Shown: in pieces, positions 54,400-61,854 of the stretch
Layout: each line of letters begins with the position of its first letter
Numbering within the stretch: the first letter of the stretch is position 1
Origin: Acidobacteriota bacterium
GTDB taxonomy: Bacteria > Acidobacteriota > Thermoanaerobaculia > Gp7-AA8
Direction: 5' to 3'
Assembly: GCA_019244185.1 (NCBI GenBank)
Contig: JAFATB010000014.1
Span: 160,001-224,000 of the forward strand
DNA length: 64,000 bases
The notes under the pieces: model-generated
Database searches by the model: none
Seen by the model: the letters and a program-made list of their open reading frames with translations, nothing else
What the model was told of the DNA's origin: nothing
Made by a program: the position numbers and the translations under genes

Positions 54400-55296
54400 C
54401 TAACGATGCACCGCGATGAGGACGATGACGCGCATGATGAGGTACGCGACGACGACGGCGACGAGCGCGCGGTTGCGCGCGAGCCAGCGTCCCGCGCGTT
54501 CGAAAGCGTTCTCGCGATACGCGGCGAGCGGCGCGCCGTCGAGGTAGCGGACGAGGTCTGCCGCGAGCTCGCCGGCATTCGCGTAACGCGCATCGCGATC
54601 GGCGGCGGTGGCCTTGTCGATGATTGCGCGCAGGAGTTTCGGCGGCGCGACGAGGAGCGCGCGCAGCATCGCGCCGAGGGCGTAGACGTCGGCGCGCGCG
54701 TCGACCGGCTCGCCGCGTTCCTGTTCCGGCGCCATGAAGCCGCGCGTGCCGGCGAGGACGCGCGTGTTTGCGTCGACGCGTGATTCGTCGACGGTGCGAG
54801 CGACGCCCCAGTCCATCACCAGCACTTCGCCGAATGTACCGGTCATGACGTTCTGCGGTTTGAGATCGCAGTGCACGACGCCGCGCGCGTGCGCCAGCGC
54901 GACCGCCTCGCAGACGCGAAGCAGGATGCGCAGGAGCTCGGTCGTGCCGCACGCGAGCTCGTCGAGGCGCTGCCCGCGCACGAGCTTCATCGCGTAATAG
55001 ATGCGGCCGTCCGCGAGCGTGCCCGCGTCATGGAGCGGCACGATTCCCGGGTGTTCGAGCCGCGCCACGACGCGCGCCTCCGCGCGCATGCGCTCCGCCG
55101 CCGCGGGACTCGCGGTTTCCGTCGCGAGGACTTTGATGGCGACGCGCCGATCGAGCTCGCGATCGTGCGCCTCGTAGACGACGCCCATGCCGCCGCGCCC
55201 GAGCTCGCGCACGAGGTCGTAGCGCGTGCCGGAAAAGTCGGGGAGCTCGGCCGCGTCGCGAAGGCGCCCGACGGCGGCGTCGGAGAGCCAGGTCAT
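54400..55296 (-). CDS. Hanks-type Ser/Thr protein kinase with single C-terminal TM
   Basis: LGRGGMGVVY, VAIK, HCDLKPQN, DWG, GTRGFMAPEQ, DVYALG; start MTWLSD at 55296. Confidence 0.93.
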   Translation of the reverse strand: MTWLSDAAVGRLRDAAELPDFSGTRYDLVRELGRGGMGVVYEAHDRELDRRVAIKVLATETASPAAAERMRAEARVVARLEHPGIVPLHDAGTLADGRIYYAMKLVRGQRLDELACGTTELLRILLRVCEAVALAHARGVVHCDLKPQNVMTGTFGEVLVMDWGVARTVDESRVDANTRVLAGTRGFMAPEQERGEPVDARADVYALGAMLRALLVAPPKLLRAIIDKATAADRDARYANAGELAADLVRYLDGAPLAAYRENAFERAGRWLARNRALVAVVVAYLIMRVIVLIAVHR

Positions 55297-55424
55297 GGGG
55301 CGGCTCCGGGTGGGGAGGGGGAGGGGGAGGGGGCGTGCGTGGCGGCGCGCCGCGTGCCGGAAAAGTCGGGGAGCTCCGCCGCATCGCGAAGGCGCGCGAC
55401 GGCGGCGTCGGAGAGCCAGGTCAT
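55223..55424. repeat. Direct duplication (about 74 nt) of the kinase 5' end, separated by a (GGGGGA)n tract
   Basis: 55223-55296 vs 55351-55424 differ at 3 positions. Confidence 0.88.
55293..55424 (-). CDS. 43-aa mini-ORF made from the duplicated kinase N-terminus
   Basis: MTWLSDAAVARLRDAAELPDFSGTRRAATHAPSPSPSPPGAAP*; ATGA overlap with sigma stop and ATGA overlap with kinase start. Confidence 0.45.
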   Translation of the reverse strand: MTWLSDAAVARLRDAAELPDFSGTRRAATHAPSPSPSPPGAAP

Positions 55425-56104
55425 GCATCCACTCCGAGAAGCGCGCGCACTTCCGCGCGGAACTCGCGCTCGGAGGCGGTGGCGTCGCGCAAGACGTCGA
55501 GCACGTGCTCACGAAAGTGGCGGCGCATCGCGGCGAGGCGGTTCGTCACCGTGGTCTCGCTCATGCCGAAGCGGGCGCCGAGCTCGCGGTACGACAGGCG
55601 CGCGTCGTCGAGGTCGTACGCCTGGAAGAGCGCGAAGTCGTCGTCGCGCGCGCCGGCGCGCAGTCGCTCGACGGCCACGCTGAACACGCTTCGCGCCCAT
55701 TCGCGCTGAAAGTACTCCTCGGGCGATCCGCCGCGGTCGTGCTCGCGCGCGAGCTCGGCTTCCGCCTCATCGAACGGCAGGTCCGCCGCGCCGCCGCCGC
55801 GTTTGAGGCGGCGCTCCGCCTTCATCTCATTGGCGAGATGGCGATCGAAGAGCAGGCGCAGGAACGTGCGGAAGCTCGCCTTCGCGGTGTCGTACGACGC
55901 GAGCGCGTTCTTCTCGAGCACGTATGCGAGAAAGCTCTGCGTGCGGTCTTCGGCATCGTCGCGGCGGTGGGCGATGCGCGCGTACTTGTAGAGCGGACGC
56001 CAGTAGATCGAGACCACCGCATCGAGGGCGCGCGCCCGTTCGAAAGCGTCAGTGCTGCCGAGGGCTTCGACCACGCTCCGGCGCGTCGTGGGGAAGAGGG
56101 ACAT
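55421..56104 (-). CDS. ECF sigma factor of the kinase-associated type
   Basis: FPTTRRS N-terminus, YWRPLY, DAEDRTQSF, KASFRTFL, LKRGGG, SYRELGARFG; directly upstream of the kinase. Confidence 0.9.
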   Translation of the reverse strand: MSLFPTTRRSVVEALGSTDAFERARALDAVVSIYWRPLYKYARIAHRRDDAEDRTQSFLAYVLEKNALASYDTAKASFRTFLRLLFDRHLANEMKAERRLKRGGGAADLPFDEAEAELAREHDRGGSPEEYFQREWARSVFSVAVERLRAGARDDDFALFQAYDLDDARLSYRELGARFGMSETTVTNRLAAMRRHFREHVLDVLRDATASEREFRAEVRALLGVDA

Positions 56105-56122
56105 GGACGCCGGAAGGATACG

Positions 56123-56656
56123 TCAGAGAGCGCGGCCTTTGCGGCGCTGCTCGGGATAGTAGGTGAGGAACGCGCGCAGGCCGTCCATCACGTCGCGCAC
56201 GCCCGCGGGGAGGTCCTTGAGGCGCAGCCAGTAGCAGCCGGGATCGAGAAGGCTGCGCAGCAGCTCCATGAAGTGATTGAGCGAGAGGTACGTCGACTCG
56301 TAGACCTTCCCTTTGATGCTGCCCTCTTCGCGGTCGCGCATCACCTTCGTCACGACGCGCGCGGCGAGGTAGTACGGCGTCTGCAGCGCGTCAAACTCCT
56401 CCTGCGGCATGCGCGGGCCTTTGGTGATGTGCTGGCGGTTGACGGTGGCCTGCAGGAAGTCGAGCACGACCACGACGGCGGTTTTCGGCACGGGGCCGGA
56501 GCGGCCGGATTCGATGGCGGCGGTGAGAAACGTGACCAGCGCCTTGATCTGTTCGGAGTCGGGATAGGAGAGCTCGCGGAGGCCGTACTTTTTGGCGATG
56601 GCGCGCTCGTCGAGCTTGGGGAGCGGCGTCTCGATAGTCTTCTTGTCGTCGCTCAA
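56123..56656 (-). CDS. Hypothetical protein (177 aa)
   Basis: Protein-like C-terminal half of the 56123-57172 ORF (SDDKKTIETPLPKLDERAIAKKYGL...); TTG start inferred. Confidence 0.65.
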   Translation of the reverse strand: MSDDKKTIETPLPKLDERAIAKKYGLRELSYPDSEQIKALVTFLTAAIESGRSGPVPKTAVVVVLDFLQATVNRQHITKGPRMPQEEFDALQTPYYLAARVVTKVMRDREEGSIKGKVYESTYLSLNHFMELLRSLLDPGCYWLRLKDLPAGVRDVMDGLRAFLTYYPEQRRKGRAL

Positions 56657-56689
56657 GCGGCGGCAGAATAGCACGCTAGAATCAGCGCG

Positions 56690-57523
56690 ATGCAGACGTC
56701 CGAAGTTCTCGCGAATGCACCATTGTTCAAGCTGCTCGACCCGGCTGAGCGCGCCGATCTCGAAGGCGTGCTGACGCGCCAGGAGCTCACGGCGGGCGAG
56801 AAGATTTTCACGCACGGCGAGCCCGGCGACTCGCTCTACATCGTCGGCAGCGGACGGGTCGAGCTGTCGGTGCGCGACGACGGCGGCAACACGATCGTGC
56901 TCACCTCGTGCGGTCCCGGCGAGGTCTTCGGCGAGCTCTCGCTCTTCGACGGCGGCGCGCGCACGGCGAACGCGATCGTGCACGACGACGCGACGCTGCT
57001 CGTGCTCGCTCGCGAGGACCTGCTCGCGTTCCTGCGCAAGCATCCCGACGCCGCGCTCGACCTGCTGACGACGATGGGGCAGCGCATCCGCAGCGCGGAC
57101 GAGATGCTGCGCCGCCGCGTTTCGCGCAACATCAACGAAGAGATGCAGGTCCGCTCGACGCGCCTCGAGCACATCGCGGACGTGATCGCGGAGTTCAGCG
57201 GAAGCATCACGTTTCTACTGTTGAACGCGGCGTGGTTCTTCGTCTGGATCGTCTGGAACACGTTCCCGCGCATCCCGCACTTCGATCCGTATCCGTTCGG
57301 CTTCCTGACGATGGTGGTCTCGCTCGAGGCGATCTTCCTCTCGATCTTCGTGCTCGTCAGCCAGAACCGCCAGGCGGCGAAAGACCGTTTGCGCGCGGAC
57401 GCGGAGTACGAGGTGAACCTGAAAGCCGAGCTCGAGATCGGCGGCCTGCACCAGAAGATCGACGTGCTGACCGAGGAACTGCTGGCGCGGCTGCCGAAAC
57501 GGGAGCGCGGAAACGGCCGTTAA
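56690..57523 (+). CDS. cNMP-binding + DUF1003 domain protein
   Basis: GEPGDSLYIVGSG, GEVFGELSLFDGGARTA, FDPYPFGFLTMVVSLEAIFLS..SQNR. Confidence 0.92.
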   Translation: MQTSEVLANAPLFKLLDPAERADLEGVLTRQELTAGEKIFTHGEPGDSLYIVGSGRVELSVRDDGGNTIVLTSCGPGEVFGELSLFDGGARTANAIVHDDATLLVLAREDLLAFLRKHPDAALDLLTTMGQRIRSADEMLRRRVSRNINEEMQVRSTRLEHIADVIAEFSGSITFLLLNAAWFFVWIVWNTFPRIPHFDPYPFGFLTMVVSLEAIFLSIFVLVSQNRQAAKDRLRADAEYEVNLKAELEIGGLHQKIDVLTEELLARLPKRERGNGR

Positions 57524-57554
57524 CGCGGTTAACGAACCGTACGCACGCGCCAGC

Positions 57555-58187
57555 CTACTTCCAGGTCATTTCGAAGGTGCAGCTCTTGTCGCCGTGGCAG
57601 TGGCACTTTGTCTCGACCACGTTCGGCTCGGTGCCGCCGTGGCGCAGGATCGACTCCTGAAAGTAGCCGATGGCGCTGCCGCAGAAGATCGGGCTGTACA
57701 CCGGATAGTTCGTGTAGATCATCCGGCCGCCGTTCGGCGTCCGCTCGAAACGCACGCTGCCGAACTTCTGATACTGATCGTGAAACAGCGCGTTGTTTTC
57801 CAGAAAATGCACGAGCTCCTCGGAATCGAGCGAGCGGTAGATGCGTCCGATGCCGAGCTCCGCGCTCGCGGCGCCGATGAGCGCGAGCACGTTCGGATAC
57901 TGCGCCTTCAGCGTCTCGTGAATCGTGCGATCGAGCTCGACGAGCGATTCGAACTCGCACCAGCTCGAGGCGAGCGGCGTCTTCACATAGCCGCGCGTGC
58001 GCGGCGTGAGCTTCTCGAGCAGCCGCGCGAAACCGTCTTCGCCGGCGGTGTCGAGGAGGAACTGCTTGCGGCCGCCGAACATCACGCCTTTCACTTTCGC
58101 GATCGACGGATCGGGGCCGACCAGTACTTCTTTACCTTCGAGTTTTGGGAGCGTAGCAGGAGCTTTGCGCTGCATCAGGAGGGACAT
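57555..58187 (-). CDS. Hypothetical protein with V4R-like C-terminus (myxobacterial TIGR02265-like)
   Basis: AKVKG, ASSW, FCGSAIGYF, ETKCHCHGDKSCTFEMTW (V4R-type Cys pattern). Confidence 0.7.
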   Translation of the reverse strand: MSLLMQRKAPATLPKLEGKEVLVGPDPSIAKVKGVMFGGRKQFLLDTAGEDGFARLLEKLTPRTRGYVKTPLASSWCEFESLVELDRTIHETLKAQYPNVLALIGAASAELGIGRIYRSLDSEELVHFLENNALFHDQYQKFGSVRFERTPNGGRMIYTNYPVYSPIFCGSAIGYFQESILRHGGTEPNVVETKCHCHGDKSCTFEMTWK

Positions 58188-58261
58188 GGCGCGCATTCTA
58201 GTCGCCGCCGCTGCCGGCGCGTGCGAAGTTGTCGCAAAGTCTTACGAACGATGCAGTCGCG

Positions 58262-59617
58262 TCAGGGAGTCTTGTCGAGCGACTGCGTGAGGTAGTTGTC
58301 GAGCAGCGACGCGAGCCCGACGTTGATCTGGAAACCTTTCTTCACGTTGGCCTCGTCGTGATTGGCCCAGCTGAGCGCGACCGGCAGCGAGACCGAGCTC
58401 GTGATGTAGAGGTTCGCGTTCACCTGCAGCACGCCGACGTTCTTGTTGTTGCTGTCCGCGTTGCGCCACCACTTCGCGGCGAGCGTGGCGTCGAAGCGGC
58501 CGTCGTTGAAGCGGCCGATCGTCGCGCCGCCTTCGACCGAGATCGCGCGCACCTGGTGCAGGTTCTTGTGCTGGTAGTGCTGGTTGAAGTCGCCTTCCGC
58601 GTTGAGGTTCACGGTGAGCTTCGGCGCGGAGTTGTACGCGTAGAGGATCTTCACCGACGTGTAGTCGTCGATGGTCGTGTCGCGATGCGCGCTGCCGGCG
58701 AGCGAGAGCTGCTGCTTGTTGTTGAGCGCGAGATACGCGTTCGTGAGAGTGCTCATCTGCAGCGTCGCCGCGTTGGCGGTGCTCTGCGCGAGCGCGACGG
58801 CCGCGGCGCAGACCTGCAGCTGCGTGTTCTGCTCGGCCGTGACGCTGAGCTGCGGACCGACGATCGTGTCGAGCTTCGCGCGCAGCGAGCCGGCGGTGAC
58901 GCTGCCGGCGCTCGTGACGAACTGCTGCAGCGCGACGAGTTGCTGCGTGTAATTCGGCATCGTCGTGACGGGCGCGCACGCGGTCGCCTTCGCCTGGTCG
59001 CGCTGCTGGATCGGCGCGATCAGCGGCTGGAACTGATCGATGAGCGCGATGTCGCGGGGGCTACGGTTGCCGAGGACCGTCCACTTCACCTCGCCCGAGT
59101 CGACGCTGCTGAAGTCTCCCTGGTCGACCGACGTGCCGCTCGTGAACGACGCGGAGAGCGCGATGTGGCGGAGCGCGGCGTAGTCGCGCCAGTTCTGCGG
59201 CGAGTCGCGCACGCCGACGAAGCCGCCGAGGAGGTAGGGCGTGGTGCTGAGCGTGAGCGCGGTGCCGTTCGACTGCGAGTTGACGGCGCCGCGCTCGACG
59301 GCGAGCGAGAGCAGATCGGCGAAGCCCGTTTTCTCGGACGCGCTCGTCGCGCCGGGCGTGTTCGGCGACGCGCCGACCTGCACGTCCGTGCGCGTGTTGT
59401 TCGCGGCCGTCACGTAGTCCGCTTTCGTCGACGCCACGGCCTGCGTGCCGCCGGCGCGCGAGGCGAGGTAGAGATCGAGCACGTCCGCTACGGGCGGCGC
59501 GGTTGGATTCTTCGCCACGAGATCGTTGAACGCGGCGTCGGTGGAGAGCGGCGCCGTCTGCGCGAACGCGCCGGCGCAGGCGAGGAGCAGCAGGAGCGCG
59601 ATCGTCGCGTGCTTCAC
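58262..59617 (-). CDS. Secreted hypothetical protein, possible C-terminal beta-barrel
   Basis: GTG start MKHATIALLLLLACAGAFAQ signal peptide; C-terminal alternating beta strands (VKILYAYN, VLQVNANLYI, LPVALSW, FQINVG). Confidence 0.7.
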   Translation of the reverse strand: MKHATIALLLLLACAGAFAQTAPLSTDAAFNDLVAKNPTAPPVADVLDLYLASRAGGTQAVASTKADYVTAANNTRTDVQVGASPNTPGATSASEKTGFADLLSLAVERGAVNSQSNGTALTLSTTPYLLGGFVGVRDSPQNWRDYAALRHIALSASFTSGTSVDQGDFSSVDSGEVKWTVLGNRSPRDIALIDQFQPLIAPIQQRDQAKATACAPVTTMPNYTQQLVALQQFVTSAGSVTAGSLRAKLDTIVGPQLSVTAEQNTQLQVCAAAVALAQSTANAATLQMSTLTNAYLALNNKQQLSLAGSAHRDTTIDDYTSVKILYAYNSAPKLTVNLNAEGDFNQHYQHKNLHQVRAISVEGGATIGRFNDGRFDATLAAKWWRNADSNNKNVGVLQVNANLYITSSVSLPVALSWANHDEANVKKGFQINVGLASLLDNYLTQSLDKTP

Positions 59618-59985
59618 TGCGCCGGCTCCTGGATGATGACCACGACTTGCGTGAGCGCCTGATATGGCAGCACGGGCGTGGTGAGGATCGGGATGAGCGT
59701 CGTGTCGAGCACCGCGCCCTGATCGTCGACGGTGATGATCTGGTACTGCGCCTGCGGCGTCGCGCCGATGGTGAAGAACGTGCGGATGTCGATGGTGTGC
59801 ATCGCGCCGGGGCCGTTCAGCATCTCCGGTGTCACGCGCACGTTGCTGCCCGATTCCGGGAACGACAGCGCGGTGGAGTTCACGCCGGCGACGACGAGAA
59901 AGCCGGTGCCGACGGCGGAGACGGTGATGCTCAAGCCCTCGCTGGGGGTCAGTTGATAGATGCGCTCTGCGAGCTTGGTGGCCAT
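59614..59985 (-). CDS. Hypothetical beta-rich protein (123 aa)
   Basis: GAGGAG RBS, coupled (GTGA) to the downstream secreted protein. Confidence 0.72.
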   Translation of the reverse strand: MATKLAERIYQLTPSEGLSITVSAVGTGFLVVAGVNSTALSFPESGSNVRVTPEMLNGPGAMHTIDIRTFFTIGATPQAQYQIITVDDQGAVLDTTLIPILTTPVLPYQALTQVVVIIQEPAQ

Positions 59986-60021
59986 GGACGACTCCTCTCT
60001 CTCTTTCTCGTTCGACGCGCG

Positions 60022-60720
60022 TCAGGAGTCCGCGACCGGTTCCATCGATTCGATGGATATCCCTTCGTTTGCCACGAACTCCGCCAGCGCCTGTTCGGCG
60101 ACCGCGCGTTCTTCTTCTTCCCTGACGCTCACCTCGGCGATCTGCAGCGGCGAGCGCGTGCGGCCGGCGGCGAGCTCGCGTTGTTCCGCGACCATGCGGT
60201 GCACGCGGTCGAGCGTGTCGCCCGCGCCGCCGATCGACGTGATCGTCCCCGAGGCCAGCGTCGCGAGCTCGGCGGTCGCGCGTTGGACGCGCGCGTCGTC
60301 GAGGCCGCTCTTCAACTGCTCCAGCTTCAGCTGCGCGGCGTGTACGGAAACGTCGCGCGCTTTGATCAATTCTTTGTACGTCGTCTCGGCGTGCGTCAGC
60401 TGCGTGCGGTTTTCGGCGAGCTCGCGCCGCGTCGTCTGCAGGCGCAGCGCGTAGCTCGCGGCGGCGTTGCGATTCGCGGCGCGGAGATTCGCGGCCGCTC
60501 GCGCGCGCAGCTCGCGTTCTTCCTGTTCGAGCCTGCGGATCTGCGTCATGAGCCGCTCGCAGAGACCGGCGTGCGCGGCGAGGCCCTCGTTGTAGTTCGC
60601 GATCTGCCGGCGGAGGTTGTCCTTCTCGACGTCGAGCAGCGCCTCCGGATTGCGGCGTTCGATCCCGGACGCGACGCGGCCGAGGAATCCGCGGAGGAGA
60701 TTCGCGAGCCGTCCGACCAT
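60022..60720 (-). CDS. PspA/IM30 family protein
   Basis: GRLANLLRGF..IERRNPEALL, long coiled coil, AEQALAEF C-terminus. Confidence 0.8.
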   Translation of the reverse strand: MVGRLANLLRGFLGRVASGIERRNPEALLDVEKDNLRRQIANYNEGLAAHAGLCERLMTQIRRLEQEERELRARAAANLRAANRNAAASYALRLQTTRRELAENRTQLTHAETTYKELIKARDVSVHAAQLKLEQLKSGLDDARVQRATAELATLASGTITSIGGAGDTLDRVHRMVAEQRELAAGRTRSPLQIAEVSVREEEERAVAEQALAEFVANEGISIESMEPVADS

Positions 60721-60785
60721 GCGGCGAAGTGTAGCCGAGGAGCGCGCGGCGCCGTGGCACTGTTCCTGCCTCACAGCCACGCGGA

Positions 60786-61151
60786 ATGGGCAGCTCGGTG
60801 CTGATCGTCGACGACGATCCGACGGTCGCGGAGTCGTTGCGCGAGGTGATGAATGGGTACGACATCTCGCTCGAGATCGCGACGAACGCGGAGTCGGCGG
60901 CGAGCCTGCTCGACACGCGGGGCTACTGCGGCGTGGTGCTCGATCTCGTGCTGAGCGGCGGCAACGGCTTCGACGTGCTGCGCCACATGCGCGCGCGCGG
61001 CGTGATCATCCCGACCATCGTCATCACGGAGAAGCTGCCGTCGTACGTGCGCGAGATGCTCGACGAGGATCAGGTGAAGCTCGTCTTCCCGAAGCCGGTC
61101 GAGCCGCGGCTCCTCGCCGCGGTAGTGCGCGGCCTGTGCGGGATCGCGTGA
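60786..61151 (+). CDS. Single-domain response regulator
   Basis: VLIVDDD, VVLDLVL, GFDVL, FPKP. Confidence 0.88.
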   Translation: MGSSVLIVDDDPTVAESLREVMNGYDISLEIATNAESAASLLDTRGYCGVVLDLVLSGGNGFDVLRHMRARGVIIPTIVITEKLPSYVREMLDEDQVKLVFPKPVEPRLLAAVVRGLCGIA

Positions 61152-61157
61152 CGCGCG

Positions 61158-61712
61158 TCAGCGCGTGAGCGCCGCGAGCGCGGGAAAGAGGATCTCCGCG
61201 TTCTCGATCGCGAACGACTTCTTGAGGATCGCGTGCACCGCGCGGTGGTTCGCGACCTCGCGCACGTCACCCGAGCCAGCCGCGGAGATGACGATCACTT
61301 GCGCGGGCGGACCCGGCTTGCGCGAGACGCGCGCGAGCACTTCGGCGCCGCTCAGCTTCGGCAGCCGCAGATCGAGCAGCAGCATGCGGTAGTCGCGCAT
61401 CGCCGCTGCGTCGAGCGCCGCGTAGCCGTCCGCTGCCTCGTCGACCGTGCAGCCCTGCTTCCGCAGTTCCGCGACGAAGAGCTTGCGGATCGGCGTGTCG
61501 TCTTCGACGACGAGGAAGTCGCGCGTGCGCGAGCCGCGGATGCGCACCTCGATGTCTTCGAGCGCTGCGGTGATGTCGCGATGCGGCGGCAGCGGCAGGC
61601 GGCCGTCTTCCATCTGTTCGAGCTCGCGCGTGGAGACGCCGAGCTCGCCGGCGAGTGCCGCGAGAGAAAGGCCGATCGCGAGACGTCGCGAGCGCAGTTC
61701 TTTCGGAGTCAT
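61158..61712 (-). CDS. XRE-type HTH fused N-terminally to a receiver domain
   Basis: LRSRRLAIGLSLAALAGELGVSTRELEQMEDG HTH; LVVEDD, LLDLRLPKLSG REC. Confidence 0.85.
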   Translation of the reverse strand: MTPKELRSRRLAIGLSLAALAGELGVSTRELEQMEDGRLPLPPHRDITAALEDIEVRIRGSRTRDFLVVEDDTPIRKLFVAELRKQGCTVDEAADGYAALDAAAMRDYRMLLLDLRLPKLSGAEVLARVSRKPGPPAQVIVISAAGSGDVREVANHRAVHAILKKSFAIENAEILFPALAALTR

Positions 61713-61771
61713 GGACGAGACCGTTGCCCCGTATCGTACACCTCCTGCGCGAGGACGCAGGTCGGATGTTC

Positions 61772-61800
61772 TTGACAGGAGCGGGGGAGGCTCCTAGACT
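61772..61800 (+). promoter_or_regulatory. Sigma70 promoter of TonB receptor
   Basis: TTGACA-N17-TAGACT. Confidence 0.8.
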
Positions 61801-61819
61801 GCGCGGCAATCGCAACAAA

Positions 61820-61831
61820 CCGACCGGTCGG
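61820..61831. promoter_or_regulatory. Palindromic operator (TetR-type)
   Basis: CCGACCGGTCGG perfect palindrome between promoter and RBS. Confidence 0.55.
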
Positions 61832-61854
61832 CCGGTAAAACCGGAGGGAGACAA

